From an uncultured Candidatus Saccharibacteria bacterium (GTDB lineage: Bacteria; Patescibacteriota; Minisyncoccia; Phycocordibacterales; UBA5272), in assembly GCA_964455195.1 (NCBI GenBank), contig CAYVUY010000001.1, positions 3,642 to 67,641 of the forward strand: a stretch of 64,000 nucleotides of DNA. The letters are read 5' to 3'. The notes beneath the pieces are model-generated. The model searched no databases, was not told the origin of the DNA, and saw nothing but the letters and a program-made list of their open reading frames with translations. The position numbers were made by a program, and so were the translations under genes. This document shows positions 1-8,657 of the stretch, piece by piece (position 1 is the stretch's first letter; each line of letters starts with the position of its first letter).

Positions 1-166
1 CAAGCTCCAATTCACGAGAAACTATATCTGCAATGTGCTTAGCAATTGGTGCCTTATCTTCTCTGGTAACTGCTATAAATGCACTCTTAATCGCACGCTC
101 TATCTTATCAACCTCAAACGATACAACATCCCCATTACGCTTCTTAATTTGTTGAAGAGTGGACAT
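1..166 (-). CDS. Partial CDS (N-terminus only), ATP-cone domain protein. Probably the N-terminus of a ribonucleotide reductase or NrdR-like regulator. Continues beyond the window start.
   Basis: Reverse-complement reading from ATG at 164-166 gives MSTLQQIKKRNGDVVSFEVDKIERAIKSAF..., the ATP-cone consensus (V.KRDG..E.F...KI..AI). It runs off the window edge. Confidence 0.45.
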   Translation of the reverse strand, partial: MSTLQQIKKRNGDVVSFEVDKIERAIKSAFIAVTREDKAPIAKHIADIVSRELEL

Positions 167-292
167 AAAACTACTACAAGACTAAATTGTGAATAATACA
201 TACAGTGTATTCATCTGCAAGTAAAAGTCATCTATATTGTCCTAGAATGTGCTGTCAAGAGAAAACTTGACACCCCTTCGGGCATGCTTTTT

Positions 293-1504
293 TTAGAGCT
301 TATTTCGTAATAGTTTGTGATAGGTAATTGCAAAGCGATGAGCCTCAGAGTTAGCCAAAAGTATTTCCTTTTTATGGTAATCCACATGCTCTTTTCTACC
401 GAGGATGTCCTTTGGTTTATGTCTCTCATCTTTCACCACAGAAACGCATGGAATGAGCACTCCGGCTTCCGCAAGTAAAGCTTCACCTGTTTGCTTATGG
501 GCTAATCCCCCATCAAAAACGATAAGGTCTGGATATCTCCACTCCGTATGCATGAGTCGTCTTCGAAGCACTTCACGCAATCCTTCATAATCATCATTTA
601 CTTTTTCTGTGAGCTTAAATTTACGGTATTCATCTTTATTTTTATCTCCTCCTTCTATAACGGTCATAACCCCCACACGATGAGATCCTGAGATATGCGC
701 TACGTCATAAGCCTCTATTCTGAAATCTGTCTTTTTAAAAGACACGATATCATCATGTGTTATAAGGCTTGTGTCCTTTATATGCTCAATTGCAAAAAGT
801 GTATTCCTTATATGTGCAGCTTTTTCGAACATCTCCTTCTTAGCATATTCTTTCATTTCTTTTTCAAGGGAGCGCTTGATATCCTCCTTTTTACCATCGA
901 AGAATCTTCGTATGTTAGCGATGTTTTTCTTATAGTCTGTTTGTGATATAGCGCCAGTACACACCCCTGGGCAAAGCTTAATCTGAGCGTTGAAACAAGC
1001 CTTACCTTGATTAGGTTCACAGCTGTCTCGGAATGGAAACATCTTACGAATTATCTTAAGCGCAGAGCGTAACTGTGTACCAGAAGCGAATGGTCCATAC
1101 ACTGCGAGTACCCCTTTCTTTTGGTACTTCTTCTCGAAATCTCGCACACGTACAAGAAGCACTCTTGGATATGGTTCCTTGGTTATCACTACACACACGT
1201 AACTACGATTATCCTTTTCTTTGGTGTTATAAACCGGCGCATGTTTCTTAATGAGAGTGTTTTCAAGTAAAAGTGCCTCCAAGACACTCCCTGTTTCTTG
1301 GAAGGTTACCGTCTCTGCGATGGTTACCATACTTACTACTTTCAACCCTCGTGTTTGGATGAGATCTGGACTGAAATAGCTCTTCACTCTGTCATATAAA
1401 GAAGTGGCTTTTCCTATATAAAGAATGTTGCCCTCCTTGTCACGAAAAAAATAAACCCCTGGGGTTTCTGGTAATCCACATTTTGCTAGGTCTTGCTTTT
1501 TCAC
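293..1504 (-). CDS. uvrC: Excinuclease ABC subunit C, compact form. Has GIY-YIG, Cys motif, UVR domain and RNase H-like endonuclease domain. Lacks the C-terminal (HhH)2.
   Basis: N-terminal PGVYFFRDKEGNILYIGKA (GIY-YIG). UVR-like EKEMKEYAKKEMFEKAAHIRNTLFAIE. IEAYDVAHISGSH...DDYEGLREVLRRR...EAHRFAITYH (C-terminal endonuclease domain). GTG start. Confidence 0.9.
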   Translation of the reverse strand: MKKQDLAKCGLPETPGVYFFRDKEGNILYIGKATSLYDRVKSYFSPDLIQTRGLKVVSMVTIAETVTFQETGSVLEALLLENTLIKKHAPVYNTKEKDNRSYVCVVITKEPYPRVLLVRVRDFEKKYQKKGVLAVYGPFASGTQLRSALKIIRKMFPFRDSCEPNQGKACFNAQIKLCPGVCTGAISQTDYKKNIANIRRFFDGKKEDIKRSLEKEMKEYAKKEMFEKAAHIRNTLFAIEHIKDTSLITHDDIVSFKKTDFRIEAYDVAHISGSHRVGVMTVIEGGDKNKDEYRKFKLTEKVNDDYEGLREVLRRRLMHTEWRYPDLIVFDGGLAHKQTGEALLAEAGVLIPCVSVVKDERHKPKDILGRKEHVDYHKKEILLANSEAHRFAITYHKLLRNKL

Positions 1505-1532
1505 TGGATGTATTGTACTATAAATTCTCGCT

Positions 1533-1575
1533 TTAGCAATTTGTCAGTCCCTCCAAAAGACTGTTACATTGCTAA
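1533..1575. promoter_or_regulatory. Inverted repeat with nested hairpin just upstream of the uvrC promoter/start. Arms are TTAGCAAT ... ATTGCTAA.
   Basis: Perfect 8-bp arms at 1533-1540 and 1568-1575. Inner cagtc/gactg hairpin at 1545-1563. Located -30 to -70 relative to the uvrC GTG start on the minus strand. Confidence 0.3.
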
Positions 1576-1626
1576 GACGAAAAGGGTGTAGTTCATTATA
1601 AAACCTTTCGAAAAGAAGGAAAAAAG

Positions 1627-2091
1627 ATGTCGAAAAAAAGGAGTGGCAACCAAACGGGTAGTGGTCTTGGCCTAATCGGCCGTATCTCACACCGGGACCT
1701 CCTGGGTCTCGCAGGTGAGTGCATGACTGTCATTGGCCGTCCGGTGAGTTCGCCAGTTGCGAAGCATTCTGCTGTTCTGGATATTTGTATTTCTCCAGAG
1801 GGTATCAACGTCAAGCGCGGCGGAAAGTCGCTCTCGAAAGAAAAGTTGAGCCCTTCTCAGTTTCGGCATATTGTCGACTCTGGAAAACGTCGGGGTATCA
1901 TCGGATTCAGCGAGGTGGTTCATCTCAAGGAATTCGAGGTCGTTGTGAAAACAACGGTAAAGAACCCGACACGCAAAGAAATGGGCATCCTCGATGTGCT
2001 GGATGTCCTCGACGGCAAAATCAAACTGCCAAAAAAGGCAAAGATCGTCGAAGAAGCGCCGACAAAAAACACTGTCGCTGCGGCTGCATAA
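1627..2091 (+). CDS. Hypothetical protein, 154 aa, encoded in a strongly GC-enriched islet. Coding status uncertain; could alternatively be structured RNA.
   Basis: RBS-like GAAGGA 6 nt before the ATG. Ends at a strong tandem-hairpin terminator. Local GC is far above flanks, and long ORFs are open in several frames (typical of GC-rich DNA), so ORF length alone is weak evidence. Confidence 0.35.
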   Translation: MSKKRSGNQTGSGLGLIGRISHRDLLGLAGECMTVIGRPVSSPVAKHSAVLDICISPEGINVKRGGKSLSKEKLSPSQFRHIVDSGKRRGIIGFSEVVHLKEFEVVVKTTVKNPTRKEMGILDVLDVLDGKIKLPKKAKIVEEAPTKNTVAAAA

Positions 2092-2104
2092 GCCAAAGCA
2101 AATT

Positions 2105-2148
2105 TTCGTGGAACTATTCCACGAAAAGGCGTCCCAAGGGACGCCTTT
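2105..2148. terminator. Tandem hairpins forming a bidirectional intrinsic terminator between the GC-rich ORF and uvrA.
   Basis: cgtggaa-cta-ttccacg followed by aaaaggcgtccc-aa-gggacgcctttt. A-tract and T-tract on either side. Confidence 0.7.
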
Positions 2149-2187
2149 TCTACTGCTTGAGTGGACCTTAGTATGTCGTGAAAATAT

Positions 2188-4842
2188 TTATTTATTCTTA
2201 CTATTATCCTTATGTCTCTTTAAAACTTTTTTAAGATACTGACCAGTGTATGAATTAGGATTAGACGCTACTTGTTCTGGAGTACCTGTAGCGATAACCT
2301 TACCACCTCCCACTCCTCCTTCTGGTCCGATATCGATGACGTGGTCCGCATTCTTCACAATATCTAAGTTGTGTTCGATAAGAACCACAGTGTTCCCCTT
2401 ATCTACAAGACGGTTCAGAATTTCAATAAGTTTAACAATATCATCATAGTGAAGTCCGATAGATGGCTCATCGAGAAGATAAATAGTTTTTTCTACATGA
2501 GGACGATACAACTCTGAAGAAATTTTCACACGCTGTGCTTCTCCACCTGATAAGGTAGTTGCAGACTGACCAAGCTCCAAATACGTAAGCCCTACATCAG
2601 AAAGAGTCTTAATACGATCATACACTGCTGGAATATCAATAAAGAATGTAAGAGCCTCCTCTACTGTCATGTGAAGTACATCATTGATGTTCTTACCTTT
2701 GTACTTTACTTCAAGTGTTTCTTTCATGAAGCGCTTACCACCACATACGTCACACTGCACATACACAGTAGGCAGGAAGTGCATTTCAACTGCAATCTCA
2801 CCATTACCTTGGCAAGCTTCGCAGCGACCACCTTTCACATTAAAAGAAAATCTCGATGGCTTCCAACCACGAATACGAGCTTCTTCAGAAGATGCGAAGA
2901 GGTCACGAATATGAGTCCACGCACCAGTATATGTCGCAGGATTAGAACGTGGGGTACGACCGATAGCTGACTGATCAATCATCACTACACGAGAGACATA
3001 CTCCGTACCCGTGAAGTCTTCTACATTAAATAACTTAGCAGTTCTATGACGACGCTCTAAACGTGCGAGTAAGTTACGATGAAGAATCTCATACATAAAA
3101 GAACTCTTCCCTGATCCTGACACTCCAGTTATCACATTGAATCGTCCGAGTGGTACCGAAACATTCATATTCTTAATATTAAAAACGTTTCCATTCTTCA
3201 CGCGTAGTGTTCCTTTGTCATCTTGGCGACGTGCTGGTACTCCGATTTCCTTTTCACCACGAAGATACGCGAGTGTCGCACTTTCTGATTTATTACGTGG
3301 AGCAGAAAGGAGATCCTCGAGATACCCAGAGACAACAACTTCACCACCGTGGACTCCGGCTTTCGGACCAATATCTACGATGAAATCACTTGCGAAAATA
3401 GTATCTTCGTCATGCTCTACGATGATAATGGTATTACCCATATCCCGAAGATGAAGTAATGTCTTAATGAGTCTGTCATTATCACGCTGATGAAGTCCAA
3501 TAGTCGGTTCATCGAGTACGTAGAGTGCTCCTACTAATTTAGAACCAAGTTGTGATGCTAGACGTATACGTTGTGCTTCTCCACCTGAAAGAGTGTCTGC
3601 CTTACGATTAAGTGAGAGATAATCAAGTCCAACATCTAACATGAAAATAAGACGCGATTCAATTTCTTTAATTACTACAGATGCAATTTCTTGGTCTTTC
3701 TTAGAAAGCGGAAGACGCTCGAAATAATTCTGCGCATCACGAATAGAGAGTGCTGTAATATCTACGATATTAATCTTCTCGTGATCATCGAGATACACAG
3801 TAAGAGCTTCCTTACGAAGACGCTTACCTCCACAATCCTCACACTCGTCGAGTCCACCGAAGTATTTAGTTCCGAGTCCATTACATGTAGGACATGCTCC
3901 ATATGGTGAGTTGAAAGAAAAGAGTCGAGGTTCTATTTCTGGGAATGAAAAGCCGCAATTCGCACATGCGAACTTACTACTCATAATGAATTTCTCTCCG
4001 AGAATTTCTATTTCTACCAACCCCTCTGCTTCGTGCATAGCACGTTCTACAGATTCAGAAAGACGCATCATGGCATCCTTTTGTTTTTCTTTATTCTTAT
4101 CAGTTCCTAAATGACGGAAATCATCGATGGCGATAGAATCAACAACGAATGATATTTCGTGTTGTTTAGTTTTTGAAAGTTCGATACGCTCACGAAGTGA
4201 TTTACGCTCCCCGTCGATGACTGCTTCGGTAAATCCTTTACCTAACATATCATAGAGTAGTTGATAGTACTCCCCTTTACGGCCACGTACCACAGGTGAA
4301 AGAATGTGCACTTCTTCGTGAGAAAATTGCACTCCCATTAATTCTTTTTTTACTTTACTGTAATCAATCTTTTTTACTTTATCAGTAATGAAAGCAATAA
4401 TTTCTTCGTTGGAAAGTTTCTGAATTTTGTGACCACATTCTGTACAGTATGGCTTACCTACACGAGCATAGAGCACACGAAGATAGTCATATATTTCTGT
4501 AATAGTAGCAACAGTAGATCGAGGGTTACGCCCAGCTGACTTTTGATCAATAGAAATAGCAGGAGAAAGACCGACGATTTCATCGACGTCTGGTTTTTGC
4601 ATTTGATTAAGGAATTGACGAGCGTATGCAGAAAGAGATTCTACGTAACGACGTTGCCCTTCTGCGAAGATAGTATCGAATGCAAGAGATGACTTCCCTG
4701 AACCGGAAAGACCTGTGAATACAATCATCTTGTGACGAGGCATTTCTACCGTAATATTCTTCAAATTATGCGTTCTAGCGCCACGAACAATGATGTTGGA
4801 TAACGCTAAATCCTTCCCTGGGGTTTTGGAGTCTTTTTTCAT
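2188..4842 (-). CDS. uvrA: Excinuclease ABC subunit A
   Basis: 884 aa. Duplicated ABC ATPase motifs (GLSGSGKSSLAFDT, LSGGEAQRIRLA twice). Zn-finger Cys pairs (CTECGHK, CANCGFSF, CEACQGNG, CDVCGGKR). Confidence 0.95.
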   Translation of the reverse strand: MKKDSKTPGKDLALSNIIVRGARTHNLKNITVEMPRHKMIVFTGLSGSGKSSLAFDTIFAEGQRRYVESLSAYARQFLNQMQKPDVDEIVGLSPAISIDQKSAGRNPRSTVATITEIYDYLRVLYARVGKPYCTECGHKIQKLSNEEIIAFITDKVKKIDYSKVKKELMGVQFSHEEVHILSPVVRGRKGEYYQLLYDMLGKGFTEAVIDGERKSLRERIELSKTKQHEISFVVDSIAIDDFRHLGTDKNKEKQKDAMMRLSESVERAMHEAEGLVEIEILGEKFIMSSKFACANCGFSFPEIEPRLFSFNSPYGACPTCNGLGTKYFGGLDECEDCGGKRLRKEALTVYLDDHEKINIVDITALSIRDAQNYFERLPLSKKDQEIASVVIKEIESRLIFMLDVGLDYLSLNRKADTLSGGEAQRIRLASQLGSKLVGALYVLDEPTIGLHQRDNDRLIKTLLHLRDMGNTIIIVEHDEDTIFASDFIVDIGPKAGVHGGEVVVSGYLEDLLSAPRNKSESATLAYLRGEKEIGVPARRQDDKGTLRVKNGNVFNIKNMNVSVPLGRFNVITGVSGSGKSSFMYEILHRNLLARLERRHRTAKLFNVEDFTGTEYVSRVVMIDQSAIGRTPRSNPATYTGAWTHIRDLFASSEEARIRGWKPSRFSFNVKGGRCEACQGNGEIAVEMHFLPTVYVQCDVCGGKRFMKETLEVKYKGKNINDVLHMTVEEALTFFIDIPAVYDRIKTLSDVGLTYLELGQSATTLSGGEAQRVKISSELYRPHVEKTIYLLDEPSIGLHYDDIVKLIEILNRLVDKGNTVVLIEHNLDIVKNADHVIDIGPEGGVGGGKVIATGTPEQVASNPNSYTGQYLKKVLKRHKDNSKNK

Positions 4843-4875
4843 ATCAATTCGTTATTATACCACAAAAAATAGGGT

Positions 4876-4893
4876 TTTGTTTAGCAAAACAAA
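4876..4893. promoter_or_regulatory. Palindrome TTTGTTT-agca-AAACAAA overlapping the -35 region of the uvrA promoter. Candidate operator.
   Basis: 7-bp arms with 4-nt spacer. On the uvrA strand it sits about 20 nt upstream of an extended -10 (TGGTATAAT) that lies 12 nt before the ATG. Confidence 0.35.
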
Positions 4894-5022
4894 CCTATAT
4901 TTTTGCGGTGCAAGAGTACTTGGTTTTTATGATTTCATGAAATAAAAACCTTAGTACTAGTTGCAATAAATTAAAGTTATTCATCTTTATGTTATAGTGT
5001 CGAATCTTTAACACAAATCAAT

Positions 5023-5040
5023 TTTGTTTAGAAAAACAAA
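5023..5040. promoter_or_regulatory. Second copy of the same palindrome (TTTGTTT-agaa-AAACAAA), about 150 bp further upstream of uvrA.
   Basis: 24-nt block ttttgtttag(c/a)aaaacaaacctaat is near-identical to the copy at 4875-4897. Confidence 0.3.
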
Positions 5041-5050
5041 CCTAATAAAA

Positions 5051-5088
5051 AACAAAAATCACACACTTTTAAGTGTGTGATTTTTGTT
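5051..5088. terminator. Long A/T-armed hairpin terminator
   Basis: aacaaaaatcacacactt-ttaa-gtgtgtgatttttgtt. Downstream of the minus-strand gene ending at 5106. Confidence 0.6.
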
Positions 5089-5105
5089 AGAATAAAAACA
5101 TTATA

Positions 5106-5648
5106 TTAATCCACCTTAAGTGTATTGAAGATATTCTTCACTGCGTCAGCATCTGCCTTTTTTGATTCCACCATCATGAGCCATTCACCACCTTTCAAAG
5201 TAGCAATGTTCCATTCCATGGTATTAGATTCAACATGATACCAATCATAACTTCCCATATGTACTGTACTTGTAGAAGTTAGCACTGGAACCTTAGGAGC
5301 AATAATAGAATCAAAATATTGTTCTGGTGTCCATGCACGAATTCCTTCGTAACTAAAATACGCTAGAGCTTTCTGAGAATCATCAGCTCCTTTAACAACT
5401 ACAGTTTGAGAGTCATCTCCTTTTGATGAAGTCATTCCCTCTGGGACATAAAACTTATAAGAAAGAAAATTCTGTCCCTCTGCCATCTGTGCTGTAGCCC
5501 CACTTACTTCTACCATTCCAGAAACATCCTGCTTATTTCCCATCATCTCACTGCCACTATCTGAGTGAGAAAAAAGGTATGCTCCAACCGCCACAAGAAT
5601 TACTGCTAATATCACCACCCACGTAACTACTGAATTTTTTGATTGCAT
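5106..5648 (-). CDS. Hypothetical membrane-anchored secreted protein
   Basis: Start taken at MQSKNSVVTWVVILAVILVAVGAYLF (single N-terminal TM). The longer track ORF (to 6074) would overlap the uvrB 3' end and a plus-strand gene. Confidence 0.5.
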   Translation of the reverse strand: MQSKNSVVTWVVILAVILVAVGAYLFSHSDSGSEMMGNKQDVSGMVEVSGATAQMAEGQNFLSYKFYVPEGMTSSKGDDSQTVVVKGADDSQKALAYFSYEGIRAWTPEQYFDSIIAPKVPVLTSTSTVHMGSYDWYHVESNTMEWNIATLKGGEWLMMVESKKADADAVKNIFNTLKVD

Positions 5649-5771
5649 AATAGGGATAGTATATTCCTCTAAAATAGGAATGTAAAATACCCCTAAAATT
5701 TGACAAAAGCCTAAAAAATCAGTAGATTTACAATTGAAGTTTATTTCTATCAGCACCCCAAGGAGAGCTAC

Positions 5772-6029
5772 ATGAGCGCAAGCGATGTGCCTGTCATTTG
5801 TACCCACTGCAAAGGTGAAACACAGTTCATGAAAGAAGTGTCCGGGAATGATTCTATCCAGTACTACTTCTTTTGCCCTTGCAAAAAAACCCCACGCTAC
5901 GGCTCTTTTATGAAGGCAGAAGCAATGTGGGAAACTCATTGGTACAAAATAAAACCAGAAGATATGCCCCCATTCGAAGAAATGGAACCAGCGAGGAGAG
6001 CTGGTTACACTGGGATGGTAGGGAACTGA
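5772..6029 (+). CDS. Small zinc-ribbon-like protein, 85 aa
   Basis: AAGGAG RBS 7 nt upstream of the ATG. CTHC ... CPC cysteine pairs. Followed by a GC hairpin terminator. Confidence 0.5.
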   Translation: MSASDVPVICTHCKGETQFMKEVSGNDSIQYYFFCPCKKTPRYGSFMKAEAMWETHWYKIKPEDMPPFEEMEPARRAGYTGMVGN

Positions 6030-6030
6030 A

Positions 6031-6057
6031 ATGGGGGCGTCCAAAAGACGCCCCCAT
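6031..6057. terminator. Bidirectional intrinsic terminator serving uvrB and the small zinc-ribbon gene
   Basis: atgggggcgtc-caaaa-gacgcccccat. Confidence 0.7.
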
Positions 6058-6063
6058 AACTTT

Positions 6064-8160
6064 TTACACATCATCCTCTCCTATTTCTACATTAGTCTCT
6101 ACATTCTTTAACCCCTCTTCTTCATTTTTAAGAGCTCTTCCTTTCAAAACTTTTATTTCATCACGAAGTATTGCAGCAGTTTCGAAATCAAGTGCCTTCA
6201 CTGCTTCTTTCATTTGTTTTTCTTTCAACTTAATTAATTTAGTTGGATTTTTTGCAAATAACTTTTGATCCACTTCAAGTTCTGTCGACACTGCTTTATC
6301 GTGATCACTTGCTATACCTTCTGTAATATCTTGTATGCTCTTTGAAATAGTAATCGGAGTGATGTTGTGTTCTTTGTTATATGCTTCTTGTAATGCGCGT
6401 CGTCGATTGGTCTCACCTATTGCACGCTCAAGTGAACCTGTCATCTGATCTGCATATAAAATAACTCTTCCCTTAGCATTACGTGCTGCACGACCGATAG
6501 TTTGAATAAGCGATGTTTCACTTCGAAGGAATCCTTCTTTATCAGCATCAAGTATCCCAATAAGTGTTACTTCTGGTAGGTCTAATCCTTCACGGAGCAA
6601 GTTAACTCCCACAAGACAATCGAATTCTCCTTTTCGGAATCGAGTAAGAATTTGAATACGTTCAATGGTTTTAATATCACTATGTAAATACTCTGCCTTA
6701 ATACCTTCCCCACGAAGATACTCGGAAAGAGACTCTGCCATTTTCTTGGTGAGTGTTGTTGCTAGTATTCTTCCACCTGCTTTTGTATCTTTAATTGTTT
6801 CTTGTATAAAATCATATACTTGACCCTTATATGCACCCTTTTCTAACACTGGTCGAACGAAGAGTTGCGGGTCGAGCAATCCTGTCGGACGAATAATCTG
6901 CTCCACCACTTGTTCCCCTTCTGTGCGCTCATACTCACCTGGAGTAGCAGAAACATACACAACCTGACCAATACGCTCTTCGAATTCTTCATAACGTAGT
7001 GGGCGGTTATCTTTCGCTGATGGAAGACGGAATCCGTATTCGACGAGTGTCTGCTTGCGAGACTGATCTCCTGCATACATACCGTGTAATTGTGGAAGTG
7101 TTACGTGTGACTCATCTATCACAGTTAAGAAATCCTGTGTTCCGTCTGGAAGTTTAGGAAAATATTCAATAAGTGTATCCGGTGCAACCCCTGGTGCTTT
7201 ACCTGATAAGTGTCTTGAGTAGTTTTCGATTCCTTGGCAGAATCCCATTTCTCTAATCATCGCTATGTCATAACGAGTACGACGCTTAAGGCGCTCTACT
7301 TCTAGAATCTTACCTTCCTTTTCTAATTCTGCGAGACGTTCTTTAAGTTCCTTCTCTATAGTTTTCACAGCTCGTTCACGTGTTGGAATATCAGAAATGA
7401 AGTGCTTTGCTGGGAAAATAAAATAATCATCTACTTCTTTTAGAATGCGCATAGATACTGGGTCAGTCACAATCAGTGAAGAAATACTGTTACCTGCTAT
7501 TTCTATTTGAAGCATTACTGTTTCTGATATAGGCATAATATCTATTCTGTTACCTATCGCACGGAATGTTCCTGGTGAAAGATCAGCGGTAGTTCTTTCA
7601 TATTGAATATTTACGAAACGTTGCATGAGCTCTGCCTTTGATGCAGGGTCTCCCACTGAGAGTTTAATATTCTCTCTTTCGTAATCAGCTGGTGACCCGA
7701 GACCATAAATACATGATACAGATGCGACGATAATAACATCACGACGTGTGAGAAGCGCTTGAGTAGAAGCGTGACGAAGACGATCAATTTCTTCATTAAT
7801 CTGAGCGTCTTTCTCTATATAGGTATCCGTCACTGGCATGTATGCCTCTGGCTGATAGTAGTCGTAATACGATACGAAGTAATGCACCGCCGCATCAGGA
7901 AAGAATGAACGGAATTCTTGTGCGAGTTGTGCAGCGAGAGTTTTGTTGTGAGCTATAACAAGAGTTGGCTTTTGAATTTCATTAATAACACTAGCCATAG
8001 TGAATGTCTTCCCTGTTCCGGTAGCACCAAGTAATGTCTGCTTACGCATACCTTTATTAAGCCCTGCCACGAGAGCTTTAATTGCTTTGGGTTGATCTCC
8101 TGCTGGAGTAAATCCTTTTAGAACGAATGTTCCCTCACCTCTTTTGTTCTTGCTTGACAT
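6064..8160 (-). CDS. uvrB: Excinuclease ABC subunit B
   Basis: 698 aa. Helicase motifs GATGTGKTFTMA, DESH. C-terminal UVR domain ALDFETAAILRDEI. Confidence 0.95.
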   Translation of the reverse strand: MSSKNKRGEGTFVLKGFTPAGDQPKAIKALVAGLNKGMRKQTLLGATGTGKTFTMASVINEIQKPTLVIAHNKTLAAQLAQEFRSFFPDAAVHYFVSYYDYYQPEAYMPVTDTYIEKDAQINEEIDRLRHASTQALLTRRDVIIVASVSCIYGLGSPADYERENIKLSVGDPASKAELMQRFVNIQYERTTADLSPGTFRAIGNRIDIMPISETVMLQIEIAGNSISSLIVTDPVSMRILKEVDDYFIFPAKHFISDIPTRERAVKTIEKELKERLAELEKEGKILEVERLKRRTRYDIAMIREMGFCQGIENYSRHLSGKAPGVAPDTLIEYFPKLPDGTQDFLTVIDESHVTLPQLHGMYAGDQSRKQTLVEYGFRLPSAKDNRPLRYEEFEERIGQVVYVSATPGEYERTEGEQVVEQIIRPTGLLDPQLFVRPVLEKGAYKGQVYDFIQETIKDTKAGGRILATTLTKKMAESLSEYLRGEGIKAEYLHSDIKTIERIQILTRFRKGEFDCLVGVNLLREGLDLPEVTLIGILDADKEGFLRSETSLIQTIGRAARNAKGRVILYADQMTGSLERAIGETNRRRALQEAYNKEHNITPITISKSIQDITEGIASDHDKAVSTELEVDQKLFAKNPTKLIKLKEKQMKEAVKALDFETAAILRDEIKVLKGRALKNEEEGLKNVETNVEIGEDDV

Positions 8161-8238
8161 AGTCGATTATTGATTATAGCATAAAATCGAACATCAACCA
8201 CTTTAGTCAACAACGATACACAAGAAAAGGAGCCTTAC

Positions 8239-8613
8239 ATGTCTTCCCCTGAAACGTTGCAAGACCTCGCAGTCACGCATCGCCTCGTGTCAACACCGGA
8301 TGATTTGAAAATCATCGCGACCCTCATCAATGAGCGCGTCGATAACGGTGTCTACGCCTACGAGAAAGGACGAGAGAAGCTGATAGATGCTCATGAGTAC
8401 ATCACGAGCCCTGTCTACTTCGAAGCTCGCCACGGACAAGTTCGTCTCTACGGACGCGTTCGGCAAAGCGGGAAAGTGTGGGGGATCAGCATCGCTGGAA
8501 CCCCAACAGCCCCAGTCATCAACGTGTTCGCACGTGGACATGAAGGAAACCCTGTGCAGTCGGTTGATTTTGCAATTTACATACCGAAATGGTACGAAAA
8601 AAGTCACGGGTGA
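8239..8613 (+). CDS. Hypothetical protein, first gene of a GC-rich three-gene operon
   Basis: AAGGAG RBS. GC content clearly above flanking genes. Confidence 0.5.
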   Translation: MSSPETLQDLAVTHRLVSTPDDLKIIATLINERVDNGVYAYEKGREKLIDAHEYITSPVYFEARHGQVRLYGRVRQSGKVWGISIAGTPTAPVINVFARGHEGNPVQSVDFAIYIPKWYEKSHG

Positions 8614-8657
8614 AGTGCACAGTACCTTAACACAACCAACACTTACTTGGAGGGTCT

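Noticed and set aside
1818-1973. RNase P RNA-like fragments (GGAAAGUCGC ... AGAACCCGAC)
   Set aside because: The two P4-like strands are only about 140 nt apart and the other universally conserved blocks are missing. Probably coincidence in GC-rich DNA.
1895-2150. tmRNA hypothesis (5' GGGG...GGAUUC, tag-like reading frame ending NTVAAAA-stop)
   Set aside because: No tRNA-like T-arm (GGUUCGAnUCC) or acceptor stem complementary to the putative 5' end was found downstream. This cannot be supported from sequence alone.
2246-4114. Multiple 60-105-aa plus-strand ORFs inside uvrA
   Set aside because: They are antisense to a well-supported, motif-rich UvrA reading frame. Typical shadow ORFs.
5649-6074. 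Upstream extension of track ORF 5106-6074
   Set aside because: It would overlap the uvrB 3' end and the plus-strand zinc-ribbon gene. It is a Cys/His/Phe-rich nonsense-like translation. The internal Met followed by a TM helix (5648) is the plausible start.
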